IMG/VR virus record: IMGVR_UViG_3300046692_000581
Reading direction: 5' to 3' (one strand)
Length of the DNA: 64,000 nucleotides
Source of the DNA: an uncultured virus (IMG/VR IMGVR_UViG_3300046692_000581)
Taxonomy: Duplodnaviria > Heunggongvirae > Uroviricota > Caudoviricetes
This document shows positions 30,143 through 39,872 of the stretch, piece after piece; positions within the stretch are counted from its first letter, which is position 1, and every line of letters starts with the position of its first letter. A model generated the notes under the pieces. It ran no database searches and was not told where the DNA came from. It saw only the letters and a list, made by a program, of their open reading frames with translations. The position numbers were made by a program, and so were the translations under genes.

Positions 30143-30149
30143 GTAATTT
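30121..30149 (+). promoter_or_regulatory. candidate sigma70 promoter overlapped by palindromic operator
   Basis: TTGACT-N17-TAATTT upstream of 30173 ORF. Confidence 0.55.
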
Positions 30150-30172
30150 CGGCGCATCAATAACGACAGGGA

Positions 30173-30694
30173 GTGCCTGCGATGCCGAAGACAGTCAATG
30201 AAATTGCCCGCGAGCTTCGAGAGTTCATGGACAAGAACAAGCGAAATGTCGTGACGTTCCCATTGGATGAGTTCTATACCTTTGTGGATCGCATGGTGAT
30301 CAAAGAGGCGTTTGAAGCTGAACTCTACAATGCGCTATTTGACCTTCAGTTGATCTATCAGCGCGGAGCTTCCTGCTTCATCGTTGTGCGTGACTACAAC
30401 TTCTCCAGGGATCAGCAGGACAAACTTCCAGCGGCAGGCAAGCGCAGTGCAGAGCAATGCGCCGAAACCGTGCGAAACTTCCTTGATCTTCAGGTCATGC
30501 CGCAGCCTGTGCTGTCCATGCGCTGGAAACCGGACATGTACCAGTTTGTGGGCAGAACGATCTGGCGTGACAAGTTCACCGAAGATCTGCAACACGCCTG
30601 TCATGCCTATGAAATGCAATTTCTGGTCGGTTCAGCCTGTGGCATTTTCGTGTGGGATTACAACTTTGCCTCGGCCAAAGGCGAACTCTACTGA
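30173..30694 (+). CDS. tandem-duplicated-domain protein, possible DNA binder
   Basis: Two ~75-aa halves each with A...R.F.D...Y.FV.R...F...L...G...V.DYNF; GGGAG SD. Confidence 0.75.
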   Translation: MPAMPKTVNEIARELREFMDKNKRNVVTFPLDEFYTFVDRMVIKEAFEAELYNALFDLQLIYQRGASCFIVVRDYNFSRDQQDKLPAAGKRSAEQCAETVRNFLDLQVMPQPVLSMRWKPDMYQFVGRTIWRDKFTEDLQHACHAYEMQFLVGSACGIFVWDYNFASAKGELY

Positions 30695-30704
30695 GGTCGG
30701 CGCC

Positions 30705-31085
30705 ATGAAAACCATGCAGTTTCGACACACAGCTGATCGCATCAAAGATCGAAGTCAAACCGTGACTAGACGTCTGAGCGCCAAGGGAATCAAGGTCGGC
30801 GACTTGCTGGAGGCGATCAATCAGAGAACGCCAGGGGGTAGTGGTTCCCCTGCCAGAATCGAAGGGTCACTGACCGTCGTGCAAGTCACTGACGTGCGCC
30901 AGGAGCCGCTTAAGACGGTTACTGACGACCTTGACTACGGTTTTGAAGAAACGTCAAAGGAAGGCTATCTGGAGGGCCATCCGAGGCACTGGCCCAGCGA
31001 GTTCGTGGAGTTCATTTGCGCGAGCAATAGTGGATGCACGCCAGACACGATAGTCACTCGGATTGAGTTCAAATACATCGACTAG
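30705..31085 (+). CDS. ASCH/PUA-domain protein
   Basis: QTVTRR..KVGDLL, VTDVRQEPL, EG, terminal RIEFKYI pattern; GAGG SD. Confidence 0.75.
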   Translation: MKTMQFRHTADRIKDRSQTVTRRLSAKGIKVGDLLEAINQRTPGGSGSPARIEGSLTVVQVTDVRQEPLKTVTDDLDYGFEETSKEGYLEGHPRHWPSEFVEFICASNSGCTPDTIVTRIEFKYID

Positions 31086-31107
31086 GATTGCCTGCCGGGA
31101 GCGCTGC

Positions 31108-31593
31108 ATGAACAAACCTTTGAGTGGTAAAGAGATGATGCAGCTGCGCATTGAGCAGCGCAAAGACGCGAGAAATCTGTACCTAAAGCAAGTCCGAAGC
31201 TTTTTGCAGTTGGGCATCGATTGTGATGAGAAGCTGATTGTTCTCGTGGATTTCAATGCACGCACTTCAGTCAAAATCAGCATCTATCGAAGTGGCACGA
31301 CGGCCACCAGGGAGCGGGTGCTGGAGCGGATTAGGGCCACAACCGGCGATCTGCCGGAAGTGCATTATGACCTTGTCTCTGGCCTCCAGGAGGACTTGCT
31401 GAAAAACAATCGCTTTTGGTTGGTCGCCGCCCCGGCCAGGGTGGGAGGAACTACTGCTGTGCGAAAATTCGTGCCGCCAAAGTTCAAGGATTTTCTGTCG
31501 GTTCATCCACTGGATCACTTTATGTCCATCAAAGAACTGGCCATCAGCGAATACCCTACAGAAGAGGAATTTAAGCGATTGTTCCGCCGTTGA
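31108..31593 (+). CDS. hypothetical protein
   Basis: GGGAG SD; third gene of unit. Confidence 0.65.
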   Translation: MNKPLSGKEMMQLRIEQRKDARNLYLKQVRSFLQLGIDCDEKLIVLVDFNARTSVKISIYRSGTTATRERVLERIRATTGDLPEVHYDLVSGLQEDLLKNNRFWLVAAPARVGGTTAVRKFVPPKFKDFLSVHPLDHFMSIKELAISEYPTEEEFKRLFRR

Positions 31594-31677
31594 TGCGAGC
31601 TAAGAAGAAAAGCCGCCAGTGATTGGCAGCTTTTTAGTGGCTGTATGATTTAGTCATAAGCGCAGCGCGATTAACCA

Positions 31678-31902
31678 TCATCCTCTGCGACGACGTTCAA
31701 AACGATCAAAGATTATCGCCTCGAAATGTCTAGTGAGGGGCTCTCTCAATTCCGCTGCAAAATCGCCGGACAGGGCGATAGCGCATCGGTTATCAACCCT
31801 ATCCGTTTCCAACGTAAAGCTCAGTTTCAATCCACGCGGAAGCCGGTTTTTATGGCTTTGCTCGACAAGGCGAAGGGCCCAAGTTTGTTGTGAGATTTTC
31901 AC
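31678..31902 (-). CDS. small hypothetical protein
   Basis: 74-aa ORF, GAGGA SD. Confidence 0.45.
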   Translation of the reverse strand: MKISQQTWALRLVEQSHKNRLPRGLKLSFTLETDRVDNRCAIALSGDFAAELREPLTRHFEAIIFDRFERRRRG

Positions 31903-31932
31903 GCTAATTTCCTCTGTTGACCTAGGCTCATT

Positions 31933-32598
31933 TCAATCATGTTTTTTGCAAAGGGGTTTGCCGTTGGCATTGAGGATGGGGGTGGTATACACCTCGCGAC
32001 GGTCCTCTTGCACCCACCAAACACAGCCATCGGAGCTGGACAGCATGACGCCCTCGCCAACAGGTTTGGCAGTAGCCAGGGCAATTCGAGCGAACTGGTC
32101 AGCGTTTGGCCCTTGGCCAGCGCGATTCATGCCGGTCACTGTAACCTTGAGCACATGTGTGTCTTTAGGAATAATGCCAAGATGAAAGATGATTTCTTTG
32201 CCGAGCGTGGCGACCTGATCTCCCTTGTAGATTGTATTTTCACCCAATTTTGCGGTGAGGCGCACAAGAACGCTGCCATCGTCATTCAGCCTGGGATTGA
32301 TCTCAAACTCATAACCACTGCCAGTTCCGCGTGCTCTACTTGTCAGGTCATCAAACTTGTAGGGCTCATCTGAGCGAAAAGTGGTGGCGAGGAGTAGCTT
32401 CTTATAATCATCATTTTCAGTAGCCACAACTGCTACGAGAGCGACGCTATTGAACTGCTGTACGCCGATTGAAGATTCGACAGGTTTTACTGCGGGGGCT
32501 TCCGAAGGTTCTGGGCTGGAGCTGTTTGCGACGCAGTAACCGCTGAGCAATCCAACATAGGCTGCAACGGCAATAGATCGAAAGAAAAGGCGTTTCAT
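31933..32598 (-). CDS. exported protein with DUF6440-like C-terminus
   Basis: signal peptide; DGCVWW...TPILNANGKPLC. Confidence 0.6.
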   Translation of the reverse strand: MKRLFFRSIAVAAYVGLLSGYCVANSSSPEPSEAPAVKPVESSIGVQQFNSVALVAVVATENDDYKKLLLATTFRSDEPYKFDDLTSRARGTGSGYEFEINPRLNDDGSVLVRLTAKLGENTIYKGDQVATLGKEIIFHLGIIPKDTHVLKVTVTGMNRAGQGPNADQFARIALATAKPVGEGVMLSSSDGCVWWVQEDRREVYTTPILNANGKPLCKKHD

Positions 32599-32684
32599 GA
32601 ATCATCCTATTTTTTGAGAGGGTTGAGTCCAACGCGCAATGGGTGTAATGACCGTAAGGGCGCTTTTTAGGGGCAGAGCTGTGA

Positions 32685-32915
32685 CTACCAATTGGTTTCT
32701 TTGATGGGGGTTGGACGCTTCCCGCCTTTCAATTCCCGCCAGGAAATGAGCGATACCGTTGTAAATTCGCCCTCACGGTGTGACGAAGCCAAATCATGCT
32801 CGATATCTTCAATATCGCTCTCAAATTCAATGGGATTGTCACAGACGATGGTGTCTGTTTGCTGTGTGCTTCCATTGAGTGAGTTTTTCAAAAAATGAAC
32901 GTGGTAAAGAGGCAA
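32685..32915 (-). CDS. small acidic hypothetical protein
   Basis: 76-aa ORF, GGGGA SD. Confidence 0.5.
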   Translation of the reverse strand: MPLYHVHFLKNSLNGSTQQTDTIVCDNPIEFESDIEDIEHDLASSHREGEFTTVSLISWRELKGGKRPTPIKETNW

Positions 32916-33041
32916 GGTATTTCCCCTAGATTGTCATGTACTGAATGTTTGAATAATAAATAGAAATGCCGAGCGACGATGAGTCAACTCGACATTTCCC
33001 AAGGCAACGTGACACGTTGACCGCACGCCAGAGAGGCTTGT

Positions 33042-33890
33042 TTACTCTGGATGATTGACCGTGGTGAAGATTTGGTAATCAACGGCCAGTTCCTGAATCA
33101 GGATGGCCATGACGTGCCAGTCAGTGCTGTCGTGCAGTTCGGAGTTCTGGAAATGCACTTCGACAGGACGACCTTCTTGTTTAGCCAGGAAGAGACGCTC
33201 ATACAGCTGGTTGAGAGCCTGCGAAACGGCCCAATAGCGGGTCGAGCTGACGGTTTCGCCTTCAGACACATCCTTCACCAGCGCGTTGACCACGATGACG
33301 TTTGGGGAGGCCTTGAAGTTGGCGAGCTGAATGTTTCCCAGCTCAAAGCTCACGTCGACGTTGTTTTTCGTGTCGGCATATTTGCCATTCTCAAGCCACT
33401 TGTTGTATTGCGCTTGTGGGACCCCATCCAGAGAAGCGAGCTGTTGACCCAGGTCCTCGTCCCATCCACCCTTCACCGAGCACGGGTTAAAGACAAACAC
33501 ATGGCTGTCTGCAACCTGACGATCAGGGGACGAGGCCAATCCGGTAAAATCACGAAAATATTCAGGTTTATTGCTCATATTCGATTCCTTTTTAAAGGGT
33601 GTTTTAGGTTGAGGTTCATGTTGAAGCAGGTTCCCTTCAGGCGCAGCTCTGACTAAATCAAATAGATCGTGCTGCGTGATGGAGAAGTTGTTGCCGGTAA
33701 AGCGGATGGCCATACCGCCCTGCTCTACCGTGACGGGATTCAATTTGTCTCCCGCAAGGTCATCGAGTTGTTTCAATGACCTCAGTGGAATGCCCACAAA
33801 TACTCCATTGGTCAGCCAAACCATCAGCTTTCTGTGTTCAAAGCTGTAGCGCGTAGACTGAATGAATATTTGGGGGGGATTCATCTTCAT
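33042..33890 (-). CDS. DUF2442-like domain fused to degenerate macro-like domain
   Basis: N: LMVWLTNG...IPL...L..V.VEQGGMAIRF; C: NPCSVKGGW, LGNIQL, VVNAL, Y.AVSQAL..L, VHF, DW...LIQE. Confidence 0.6.
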   Translation of the reverse strand: MKMNPPQIFIQSTRYSFEHRKLMVWLTNGVFVGIPLRSLKQLDDLAGDKLNPVTVEQGGMAIRFTGNNFSITQHDLFDLVRAAPEGNLLQHEPQPKTPFKKESNMSNKPEYFRDFTGLASSPDRQVADSHVFVFNPCSVKGGWDEDLGQQLASLDGVPQAQYNKWLENGKYADTKNNVDVSFELGNIQLANFKASPNVIVVNALVKDVSEGETVSSTRYWAVSQALNQLYERLFLAKQEGRPVEVHFQNSELHDSTDWHVMAILIQELAVDYQIFTTVNHPE

Positions 33891-34090
33891 TCGCCGATAT
33901 TAATGACTTCAGGCTCGATGCCCAAATGAGTGCGAACGTAATCAGCACCCTGCCCTTTTGCTACTTCAAAGCGCGGGGTCGCGTTTTCCTTGTAAGGGAA
34001 AACGGTCGGAGGTAGATCTGTTTCAACAATGACCAAATCAGGACCATGTTTGGCAATCAGCACCTTGGCGCTTGTTACGTTAATCTGCAT
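33887..34090 (-). CDS. small hypothetical protein
   Basis: AAGGA SD before MQINVTS; ATGA overlap downstream. Confidence 0.6.
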   Translation of the reverse strand: MQINVTSAKVLIAKHGPDLVIVETDLPPTVFPYKENATPRFEVAKGQGADYVRTHLGIEPEVINIGE

Positions 34091-34155
34091 TAGGGTGTCC
34101 TTTAAAAACTCGTTATGGGGTGACATTGAATCCGTGCATCGTATTGAGACGGTGC

Positions 34156-34362
34156 TTAGGCCGTGATCATACAAGAAGTTTCATTGATGCTTCGCAGGAG
34201 TACAATGGCTTTATCCAAGTCCTCCGTTTTCACTACATTCGTTGCCGCCATCCTTTCAGGATCAATTGCGCCCTGTCCGCGATAAAGATCAACCAACAGG
34301 CTGGCATTGGCAACTTCCGGCCAAAGAAAGCGGTACTTCTGGTGAAAGTCAGTAGCGCGCAT
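34156..34362 (-). CDS. small hypothetical protein
   Basis: 68-aa ORF, GGGAG SD. Confidence 0.5.
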   Translation of the reverse strand: MRATDFHQKYRFLWPEVANASLLVDLYRGQGAIDPERMAATNVVKTEDLDKAIVLLRSINETSCMITA

Positions 34363-34507
34363 AAAACTCCCTGGACAAATTACGAATTCGGCTTGCCGAA
34401 ATCGTGTTTCAATAAAAACGCTAAGGCTTCAGGTAGCATCCATCAACCATTTGTTGTACGTGTTAATTCTAGCATGACCAAAAGCTGGTTGTAATCAATG
34501 CTGCTCT

Positions 34508-35836
34508 TTACCAGACCAGTTTTCCATCCGTCAGTTGGGTTTGCCCTGCTCCCATTTTTGGGGGCAATAGAGAAGGGTCAATGAAGGTCACCTCATCTTC
34601 ATCAATCAGATAGACTTTAAACACGAAGTTCACCACATTCACCGAGTGATTGAACATGAACTGTTCCGCCAAATCAAAATCGTCCTTGCTGAAGAAATTC
34701 ATTTTTTTGCCATTAATCACTGCTTTATGAGGCCTGACGATGACCAATCGATTGTTCAGTGAGATGTTCTTGTTTCCCTTGACGAGCAATTCATTCGCAA
34801 AACCAATCTGAATGCTCTTGTCACTGATCGACTTAAGTCGTTCACCGAAAAAAACAGCGACTGACTGCTCAATGTTTTGCAACACGATGGAGGCAGGTTG
34901 GGCGGGTTTTACTACGCCAAACAGGTGGCCAGCCTTATGTTTCTCTTTGTGATAAAAAGACACAAGGTCACCGGCTTTGCCGAATTTATCCAGCGGATTC
35001 TCTTCGTCTTGCATTCCAATCAGCTCACGCAATTCGGCTTCGTCCATGCTGACGTTTTTGGTGAAGGCGTCGAGGTTTTTCTGAATGGCATTGTCGATTT
35101 TGGCCAGTTCATTGCCACTTCTAACAAAAAACTCGGTCACGACAGTCAGTTTGCAGCAACGGACTTTTGAGTTTTCATAATCAACGGGAACGCTGACGAT
35201 GTCTCTAGGGTTCACTTTTACCAAGACAATGCGACTCTTGTGATCACCACCAAACAGTTGATTCTTCAAGTAGTTGATCGAGCAGACATGAAGGCCTGCT
35301 GAGCAAGTCTTGTTTGGGTCACTGCACACATCTTCCCGATTCATCTCCGGGCTGTTTCCAGGGAGATAATGCACACTTTTGCTGTAGTGATCGTAGAAAT
35401 CCAAGCGCACGGATTTATACGCGAGCAAATAGCCGTCATTGGTAATCGGCAGCGTATTTTTGTCTACAAACCCGTACAGCTCCATGATGGCGCGGTCATC
35501 GGGGTTTTGCAGGAGATTTTCCATAAAACGAATGAATTTCGAGGGATCTTCATTGCGTTTGATCATCTCCACAATTTTCGATGACAGGCTTGTGTGCACC
35601 TCGACATTATCGAAGTAAAGACTGCTATCAACGATATGAAGGCGCCCATCTTGTCGGTCACAAAAAGCTTTTAGAGGGTTCAGCAGTTCGGTGACGGCAG
35701 CCCAATCCTTCTTTTTAACAGCATCAACGACGCTGTTGAATGCAGGCTGATCTGATCTCATCATGGTAGGCGTGGATTTGCCCGGCTCCATGAAGGAAAT
35801 CATGTCGTGACGCAGAACGTACTGAGATGTGGTCAT
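34508..35836 (-). CDS. rIIB: rIIB-like protein
   Basis: FMENLLQNP, ELYGF, LPITNDGYLLAYKSV, CSAGLHVCS, VKVNPRDIVSVP.DY...KVRCC. Confidence 0.9.
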   Translation of the reverse strand: MTTSQYVLRHDMISFMEPGKSTPTMMRSDQPAFNSVVDAVKKKDWAAVTELLNPLKAFCDRQDGRLHIVDSSLYFDNVEVHTSLSSKIVEMIKRNEDPSKFIRFMENLLQNPDDRAIMELYGFVDKNTLPITNDGYLLAYKSVRLDFYDHYSKSVHYLPGNSPEMNREDVCSDPNKTCSAGLHVCSINYLKNQLFGGDHKSRIVLVKVNPRDIVSVPVDYENSKVRCCKLTVVTEFFVRSGNELAKIDNAIQKNLDAFTKNVSMDEAELRELIGMQDEENPLDKFGKAGDLVSFYHKEKHKAGHLFGVVKPAQPASIVLQNIEQSVAVFFGERLKSISDKSIQIGFANELLVKGNKNISLNNRLVIVRPHKAVINGKKMNFFSKDDFDLAEQFMFNHSVNVVNFVFKVYLIDEDEVTFIDPSLLPPKMGAGQTQLTDGKLVW

Positions 35837-35882
35837 AAATACTCCAGATATGACGATAATATATCAAGATCAAAGCTGTATG

Positions 35883-36143
35883 TCAATGGTATTGGCGTGC
35901 TTCGACAAGGCGGATCCAGCGCACGTAACGCACAAACTCGTGCAGCTTGCCCTTTTTATCTGTGTATTCACACTTGGTCACGACACCTTGGTTGCCAACC
36001 CGATCTTCAAAGGACTCTTCCCATGTACGAACGATCTGACACCCTGGCATCGCAAAAAACTGAATGAAGGGTGTGGCTTTACGCGTAGGCGTGTCCGTTT
36101 CTTCGTCCGACCAATCCTGGAATTTGTTGTCTTGTTTTTTCAT
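35883..36143 (-). CDS. hypothetical protein between rIIA and rIIB
   Basis: 86-aa ORF, TAATG coupling to rIIA. Confidence 0.65.
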   Translation of the reverse strand: MKKQDNKFQDWSDEETDTPTRKATPFIQFFAMPGCQIVRTWEESFEDRVGNQGVVTKCEYTDKKGKLHEFVRYVRWIRLVEARQYH

Positions 36144-38461
36144 TATTTTACGACTCTGAGTGTGGTGGATTTGTCACCAAGGCGCGTGTTGGACGCGTTG
36201 TCCGGTGACACATAATTGCGCAGAACTTCTTTCGTTTGTTTGTGCTGGGCATGAGCTGGATGAAGCAGATTCTCATCAATCAGATTGAGAATTGGATGGG
36301 GTTGCAGGGCTTTGATCGCCTTCGAATGACGGGAGATAAGGCGCTGAATTTTTTCGCTGGCGGCGGCATTGGCCCAGGTATATTTCACCCAATCGTCCGC
36401 ATCGATTTTTGAGCCTTCCAGCGAGGCGTTCTTTTCAAGTCTGTGCTCAAGCTTTCTCAAGCGCGTCAGAACATTGAGTTGCCACTGTGGTTGTGCCAGC
36501 AGGTCGCCAACCATTGACAGCAGGCGAGCTGTTTTTTGCAGTTTGAGTGAGGAAAGCTCTGCGCCTTTACCGGTACGATAATTGGCTATGGCCGTTACCG
36601 CCTTATCAAACAGGGGGTGACTTTTGTTCGAGGTGATGCCCCGGAGTTCCTCGTCGATATTCGTTAGGCAGGTGTAGTTATTAAGCAGATCAAGGGTCCT
36701 TTGGGGTATGCACAGTATGTCAACGAGATGCATGCCACTACGTCGAGACACTGGAGCGTCAACCAGTCCCAGCGAAAGCGCCATGTAGACGGTTTCGTGT
36801 GACGGTGCGGCGTATTGTTCATAGACTGGTTGAGAAAAGTAATAGACCTTTTCACCCTGCTTTTCAGCGCATTGAAGTCGCTCTTCGACTTCTGGGCGAC
36901 TGGTGGAGGTGGTACTGGAATAATTGTACGAGCTGAGTGCTGTTTGACGAATTTTTTCCACAGCAGGCGCTATCGCCGCGTTGCGAATGCTCAGCTTAAG
37001 CTCTTCTTTTGCTCGTTGAGCATCGGCAAGAATGATGTCCGCAGTGAGCACCTCGGGATTCCCAAGCCACTCAAGAATCGGCTGCGCCTGATCCATGGAA
37101 ATTGGACGTCCGCCATTGGATTCAATGATCAGAATGTTTTTGTTGATCCTGTTCAAGTGGCCGCTGATGACTTCGCGATTTAGACTGCGATCAGTTTTGA
37201 CCATCACTATCAGGCGCTTGGTCGGTGTAATGGCTGAGAAGACGTTGTTGCCAGAGGCTCCTTTGACTTCGTGTGAAAATTTATCAGTGCGCAGGGCCAA
37301 GCTCTTGCCATCAAGCGATAGCAGCTTGATCTCTGCGTTGAACTTGCCACGGTAATTGTCAAAGGTGAGCTTTCGAGACTCGCCCTTTTCAGTGGCCAAG
37401 CTCAGGATGACGTCACCGTTCAGCTCGTCGTTAATGACGCAGCGTGTTTCCCACTCACTCAGGCCTTTGCTGTGCTTGTCGAAGTAGTCTTTGGCATAAC
37501 TGATCACACGCTGAATCTTTTGTGAGAGGACGGTGCAGGTCAGCTCACTGTACTGAAGCTTTTCGCGCCCGGTATCCAGGTTGATGGGATCAACGGAAAT
37601 GTCCAGTTCCAGCACAAGGCCGTTGATCCAGGAGAGGTCAATAGAGCCGAGGGTCGACCATTTGCTGGCGCAGAGAATTTCCAGATCAAGGGGGTAGCTG
37701 ACGCTGCCCATGACCACGCTGTTGCCATCTTCGTTGTTGTAGTACTCTTCGAAATGGTCGTCGATTTCAAAGTACTTCCAGCCAACCTGAGCGTGCTTGA
37801 TCAGCTTTTTGACGCGCTTCTTGCGTTTTTTGATTTCGCTGGTCAGGTCAAGGCCAACGAATTTCGGAATGCAGTTGAAGTGCTGGTACAGCAAAAGCGC
37901 GGCCTCTGAAAACAGCTCTACGTCATCGACTTCAACAGGGATGTTGGCAATAAATCCGTTTGCATGGGTCGTGGGCTCAGAGACCAGCAGCGTCAGGTGA
38001 GGTTCGTCTTCAGCGTTTTTATAGCACTGATACAGGCAGCGCATGCCGTCTTTGAAGGCTTCGACGGTGAACATGCTTGTGTAGGCAAAGGGAGACTTGC
38101 TGCCGACTCCGAAATAGCCGTTAGCATGTGGGTTTTTCGAGGATTCGGATCTGAAATAAATGCCAATGAGTGTTTTGACTTCTTGCGCGGTCAAACCAAC
38201 GCCCGAGTCCTCAATGATCAGAAAGGGTTCAAAGGCAGTTGGCAAATGAACGCTGATTGGAGTTTTCCCACGCCCCGCCTTCTCCATCGCGTCTTGGGCG
38301 TTGGTCGACAGCTCACGCAACACGGCTTCAGCGCGGCGATGGTGAGAGTAGATGTTTGAGGACAGGACGAATGCCGCCATGGCGGAATCTTCAATGCCAT
38401 AGGCGTCGCCCTGACCAATGTTATTGAGTTCGACATCATTGACTTTGCGTGTAATCTGCAT
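36143..38461 (-). CDS. rIIA: rIIA-like protein (GHKL ATPase N-terminus)
   Basis: NIYS...LRELSTNAQDA, EDSGVGL, GYFGVGSKSPFAYT, REKLQY; adjacent to rIIB. Confidence 0.88.
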   Translation of the reverse strand: MQITRKVNDVELNNIGQGDAYGIEDSAMAAFVLSSNIYSHHRRAEAVLRELSTNAQDAMEKAGRGKTPISVHLPTAFEPFLIIEDSGVGLTAQEVKTLIGIYFRSESSKNPHANGYFGVGSKSPFAYTSMFTVEAFKDGMRCLYQCYKNAEDEPHLTLLVSEPTTHANGFIANIPVEVDDVELFSEAALLLYQHFNCIPKFVGLDLTSEIKKRKKRVKKLIKHAQVGWKYFEIDDHFEEYYNNEDGNSVVMGSVSYPLDLEILCASKWSTLGSIDLSWINGLVLELDISVDPINLDTGREKLQYSELTCTVLSQKIQRVISYAKDYFDKHSKGLSEWETRCVINDELNGDVILSLATEKGESRKLTFDNYRGKFNAEIKLLSLDGKSLALRTDKFSHEVKGASGNNVFSAITPTKRLIVMVKTDRSLNREVISGHLNRINKNILIIESNGGRPISMDQAQPILEWLGNPEVLTADIILADAQRAKEELKLSIRNAAIAPAVEKIRQTALSSYNYSSTTSTSRPEVEERLQCAEKQGEKVYYFSQPVYEQYAAPSHETVYMALSLGLVDAPVSRRSGMHLVDILCIPQRTLDLLNNYTCLTNIDEELRGITSNKSHPLFDKAVTAIANYRTGKGAELSSLKLQKTARLLSMVGDLLAQPQWQLNVLTRLRKLEHRLEKNASLEGSKIDADDWVKYTWANAAASEKIQRLISRHSKAIKALQPHPILNLIDENLLHPAHAQHKQTKEVLRNYVSPDNASNTRLGDKSTTLRVVK

Positions 38462-38540
38462 GGTGACGCCTATAGATATAATTAAGGCATAACATACAGT
38501 TATTCAGCTGTTCTGTCAATATTACTGTCTATTCTGAAAA

Positions 38541-39758
38541 TCAGTCTGCGTTCGGGTTCCAGCGTTTAATGCTCTGCATTTTGTCCTTGATTTGTTGATC
38601 CACGTCACCGGGGTGTTTTTTGTCCAACACCTGCTTGATTCCGGCAAGGGCCTTGAGTTCTTCGGTGGCCAATTCGTTTCCGGACTTTTTGGCAACGGCG
38701 AACCAGATGTAGGCCTCAAGTTCTTTATTGCTGCTTGAGATTTTCCCGATATTAATGTTGTTCGCCAGTTTATACATGGCGTCTACGTTTCCGCCCTGCG
38801 CACTGGCCTCAAAGGATTCTCGGGCCAGCAGTGGGTTGCCTGCTTTCAAGGCGTTCTCAGCCTGCATGAGCAGCGCTTTTGGATGGCCGTGCTGGCTGGC
38901 AAAGCGTAGAGCTTCGTTGCCCTGTGCAGTTTGTGGACCCATCTGCTTGGCGAGTTGGAAGGCTGCTTCGGCATCACCATTTTGGTAGGACTGCTGAAGG
39001 TACTGGTGGCCGGTAGCTGGATCCGCCAAGTCTGGCTTGTAGACGCCCAGGTAAAGCAGTCCAAGGTCGCGCTGTGCTCGCACGCTGGTTTTTGCAGCGC
39101 GCTCCATCATTGTCTTACCTTCGTCGATTTTGCTATCCAGCAACAGGTTCCAGGCAATGACGCGGGTTGCTTCGCTGTAGCCCATGCTATCGGCCAGTTG
39201 CAGGTAGGCGTCAGCCCGCGCTTCATCTTTGGGAACGACATCGCCTTTGGTGTAGTGCTTGGCCAGCAGGTAGTTGGCTTTGGCGCTGCCCTCAGAGGAT
39301 GCTTGTTCCAGCAGCATGATCATCGATCCCCAGCCTTCCTGTTTCTCAGATGCTTTAGCTTGCGCGAGTGAGGCGGCGCCATGATCGGCGGTGACCGAAT
39401 CCAACGGGGCAGGCGCAATGGTGATAGTTTCTTGAGGAGCCCCTGCTGGGTAGTAGCTCTGACCATCTTCTGACACTCCGCCCATCTCGTAATGGCCAGA
39501 GAGCGATTGATCAGTGGTGGTGCCTTGAACGGACGTGTAATCGTAGGTCGCGAGCGGTTCGGGCTGGTCACTGATCATCGTGGCGTTATTGATTGAGTTG
39601 GTGTCAATCTGAGTTGGAGTAGATGGTTGATATGGAGTGTTAATTATCGACGTATTTCCATACGAATAGCCTTCCCGGTGAGAGGTCTCGAAAGGGTCGA
39701 TGGAGGAGCAGCCGCTGACGATGGAGGCAATGAGAATAACCAGGACGTTCTTGTGCAT
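38541..39758 (-). CDS. Sel1-repeat lipoprotein (paralogue of 54238-55239)
   Basis: Lipobox VSGC; Sel1-like repeats; EATRVIAW, SVRAQRDLGLLYLG, EAYIWF. Confidence 0.85.
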   Translation of the reverse strand: MHKNVLVILIASIVSGCSSIDPFETSHREGYSYGNTSIINTPYQPSTPTQIDTNSINNATMISDQPEPLATYDYTSVQGTTTDQSLSGHYEMGGVSEDGQSYYPAGAPQETITIAPAPLDSVTADHGAASLAQAKASEKQEGWGSMIMLLEQASSEGSAKANYLLAKHYTKGDVVPKDEARADAYLQLADSMGYSEATRVIAWNLLLDSKIDEGKTMMERAAKTSVRAQRDLGLLYLGVYKPDLADPATGHQYLQQSYQNGDAEAAFQLAKQMGPQTAQGNEALRFASQHGHPKALLMQAENALKAGNPLLARESFEASAQGGNVDAMYKLANNINIGKISSSNKELEAYIWFAVAKKSGNELATEELKALAGIKQVLDKKHPGDVDQQIKDKMQSIKRWNPNAD

Positions 39759-39872
39759 GAATGGCTCTTTTGTGAAAAAAATGCAGCCTGGATTGAGCCC
39801 AGGCGCTGTCGTTTTGAATGATATTGGGTGATTATGCTATAATATCGAAATAATGACAAAGGATAAGCGCCC

